A stretch of 38,699 bases of DNA from Eubacteriales bacterium (GTDB lineage: Bacteria > Bacillota > Clostridia > Oscillospirales > CAG-272), in contig JAZNXP010000032.1 of NCBI GenBank assembly GCA_045593965.1, positions 1-38,699 on the forward strand, in the 5' to 3' direction. Positions 37,058 to 38,699 of this stretch are shown piece after piece (positions within the stretch are counted from its first letter, which is position 1; each line of letters begins with the position of its first letter). Under the pieces are notes generated by a model. That model ran no database searches and was not told where the DNA came from. It was given only the letters and a program-made list of their open reading frames with translations. Position numbers and translations under genes: made by a program.

Positions 37058-38466
37058 ACGACCGTTATAAAAAATTAGTATCAAACGCGGGAATTATTTG
37101 GCTCGGAACCTTCGGTTCAAAGCTATTGGTATTTCTGCTGATGCCGCTTTATACGGCATATCTTTCCACGGAAGAATACGGTACCGCCGAATTGATCACG
37201 GCAACGGCAAATCTGCTCATTCCTCTGGCTTGCGTCGGAGTGACCAATGCGGTATTCCGTTTTTGCGTGGATCGGGAAAGCGATAAGCAAGCCGTCTTTT
37301 CTTCAAGCGTTGCTTTGTTGCTTTGCGGTCTGTGTGCTTTTGTTGCGCTGTCGCCGCTGTTGCTTTTGAGCAACTATTTTTCCGCGCACCTTGGTCTGAT
37401 CGTGGCATACGTTGTTTTTGCCGATATTCAGGCGATCTGCGCGCAGTATGTCCGCGCGGTTGATAAAACACGGCTTTTTGCGATCCAGGGCATTTTCAAC
37501 ACGGGGATCACGATCCTTTTGAACCTGCTGTTTTTGATCGTTTGCAACATGGGCGTGACGGGATACGTTCTTTCTGTCATCGTTGGCAACATTCTCACGA
37601 CCGTATTTCTCGTGATCGCGGCAAAGCTTTGGCGCGTGTTCTCATGGAAGCGCATTCAAAAGGGACTGATGCTGGAAATGCTGCGCTTTTGCGCTCCTTT
37701 GATCCCAACAACGGTCTGCTGGCTGATCACGGATCTTTCCGATCGATATATGGTAACGTATTTTTGCGGAAGCGACGTCAACGGCGTTTATTCCGCCGCA
37801 TATAAGATCCCGACAGTGATCAATTTGCTTTCCACCGTTTTCCTGACGGCATGGCAGTTTTCGGCAGTATCCGAAAGCTCGGACGAGGATGGCTTGCGTA
37901 AATTTTATACGAATGTCTACAGCGGTTTTACAGCATTGATCCTTGGCGGAGCCTCCGTATTGATCTTGCTTTCGGGCGTGCTGACAAGGCTGCTTTTGAA
38001 CTCTGCTTATCACGGTGCTTGGAAATATATGCCGACCTTGATCTGCGCCGCTGCGATCGAGGCGATGGTGTCCTTTTTGGCAACGGTTTATCTTGTGCGC
38101 AAAAAGAGCATGCATTCATTGATTTCGGCACTGCTGGGAAGCGTTGTGAATGTTCTTCTTAATCTTTTGTGGATCCCTAAACATGGAGCACTCGGCGCGG
38201 CAGTGGCTACCTTGGCGGCATACGGTGCGGTCTTTGTATTCCGCATGATCGATACGCCGCGAATGATCCGCTTTCAAACAAGCTTTGTAAGGCTTGCCAT
38301 CAGCATCGCAGTTTTGCTTGGGCTTTCTGCCGTTATGACCGTAGAACAAATTCCGTGCCGCTATCTTTGGGCAGGTTTGTTGACTGCGATCGTTGCTCTT
38401 CTCAACGCTCCCGCGCTTTGGAAAAGCATCAGAGGGTTGTTTGCAAAAGGGAAAAACGCAACTTGA
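37054..38466 (+). CDS. Wzx/MOP-family polysaccharide flippase
   Basis: FLLMPLYTAYLSTEEYG, SDRYMV, GVYSAAYK, LNLLWIPKHGALGAAVAT; 12-14 TM helices. Confidence 0.9.
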   Translation: MNDRYKKLVSNAGIIWLGTFGSKLLVFLLMPLYTAYLSTEEYGTAELITATANLLIPLACVGVTNAVFRFCVDRESDKQAVFSSSVALLLCGLCAFVALSPLLLLSNYFSAHLGLIVAYVVFADIQAICAQYVRAVDKTRLFAIQGIFNTGITILLNLLFLIVCNMGVTGYVLSVIVGNILTTVFLVIAAKLWRVFSWKRIQKGLMLEMLRFCAPLIPTTVCWLITDLSDRYMVTYFCGSDVNGVYSAAYKIPTVINLLSTVFLTAWQFSAVSESSDEDGLRKFYTNVYSGFTALILGGASVLILLSGVLTRLLLNSAYHGAWKYMPTLICAAAIEAMVSFLATVYLVRKKSMHSLISALLGSVVNVLLNLLWIPKHGALGAAVATLAAYGAVFVFRMIDTPRMIRFQTSFVRLAISIAVLLGLSAVMTVEQIPCRYLWAGLLTAIVALLNAPALWKSIRGLFAKGKNAT

Positions 38467-38505
38467 TCGGTTTTACCCCCCCATTTGCTCGAATCATACC
38501 AATAA

Positions 38506-38543
38506 AAGAAAAGGGCTTTCTCTCATGACAAAGCCCTTTTCTT
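38506..38543. terminator. 14-bp inverted repeat, probable bidirectional terminator
   Basis: AAGAAAAGGGCTTT / AAAGCCCTTTTCTT with a 10-nt loop. Confidence 0.75.
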
Positions 38544-38573
38544 GATTGTTGACAATAAAAGTTAAACGGGAAT

Positions 38574-38696
38574 TTCGCCTTCGCGAAGATCCTTCGCCTT
38601 GTCGGCGCCTCGCAAGCGAGCGACCGCTCTGCGGCGAGGATGCGAACCCAATTCCGCTTCGCAGGCTCGCGGAGTGGGTTCTTCGTACGGGTGCCA
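38574..38696 (+). repeat. GC-rich multi-hairpin non-coding element ending in a tRNA-3'-like CCA
   Basis: Palindrome CTTCGCGAAG, stem ATCCTTCGCC/GGCGAGGAT, stem GAACCCAATTCCGC/GCGGAGTGGGTTC, terminal CGTACGGGTGCCA. Repeat status cannot be shown from one window. Confidence 0.4.
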
Positions 38697-38699
38697 AAA

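Noticed and set aside
38494-38697. 67-aa minus-strand ORF, or a complete tRNA gene, at the window end
   Set aside because: The ORF is a low-complexity translation of hairpin DNA. No D-arm, anticodon arm or TTCRA loop can be folded.

Overview
A mostly housekeeping 38.7-kb segment from a probable spore-forming Clostridia-class Firmicute (inferred from gene content, GGAGG ribosome-binding sites, sigma-A promoters and possible sporulation-sigma promoters). It opens with the tail of a sugar-catabolism cluster (GH78-like C-terminus, SGNH hydrolase, divergent RpiB-family isomerase). Next come rsmE, a CdaR regulator, an S41 protease, greA and a membrane protein. A minus-strand block holds mtaB, a degenerate PurL-like protein, rpmB (missing from the ORF track), a DUF6873-like protein, DUF896, tsaE, tsaB, rpiB, ispD, ispF and rpe. 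Then follow upp, an RluA-family synthase, lnt and guaB, three ABC exporter genes, a TIGR04086-like protein and yajC. The right end carries rimM-trmD, an IctB/O-antigen-ligase-like gene with two DUF4330-like genes, ptsH, and a translationally coupled uvrC-rsmD-coaD-membrane protein-flippase run. It ends in a GC-rich multi-hairpin element resembling a tRNA 3' end. I saw no CRISPR array, rRNA, complete tRNA, transposase or integrase. The most unusual item is an intact 707-aa PurL paralogue in which every recognisable catalytic motif is eroded (candidate pseudoenzyme), placed directly behind mtaB. All family assignments come from motif recognition by eye, not from database searches.
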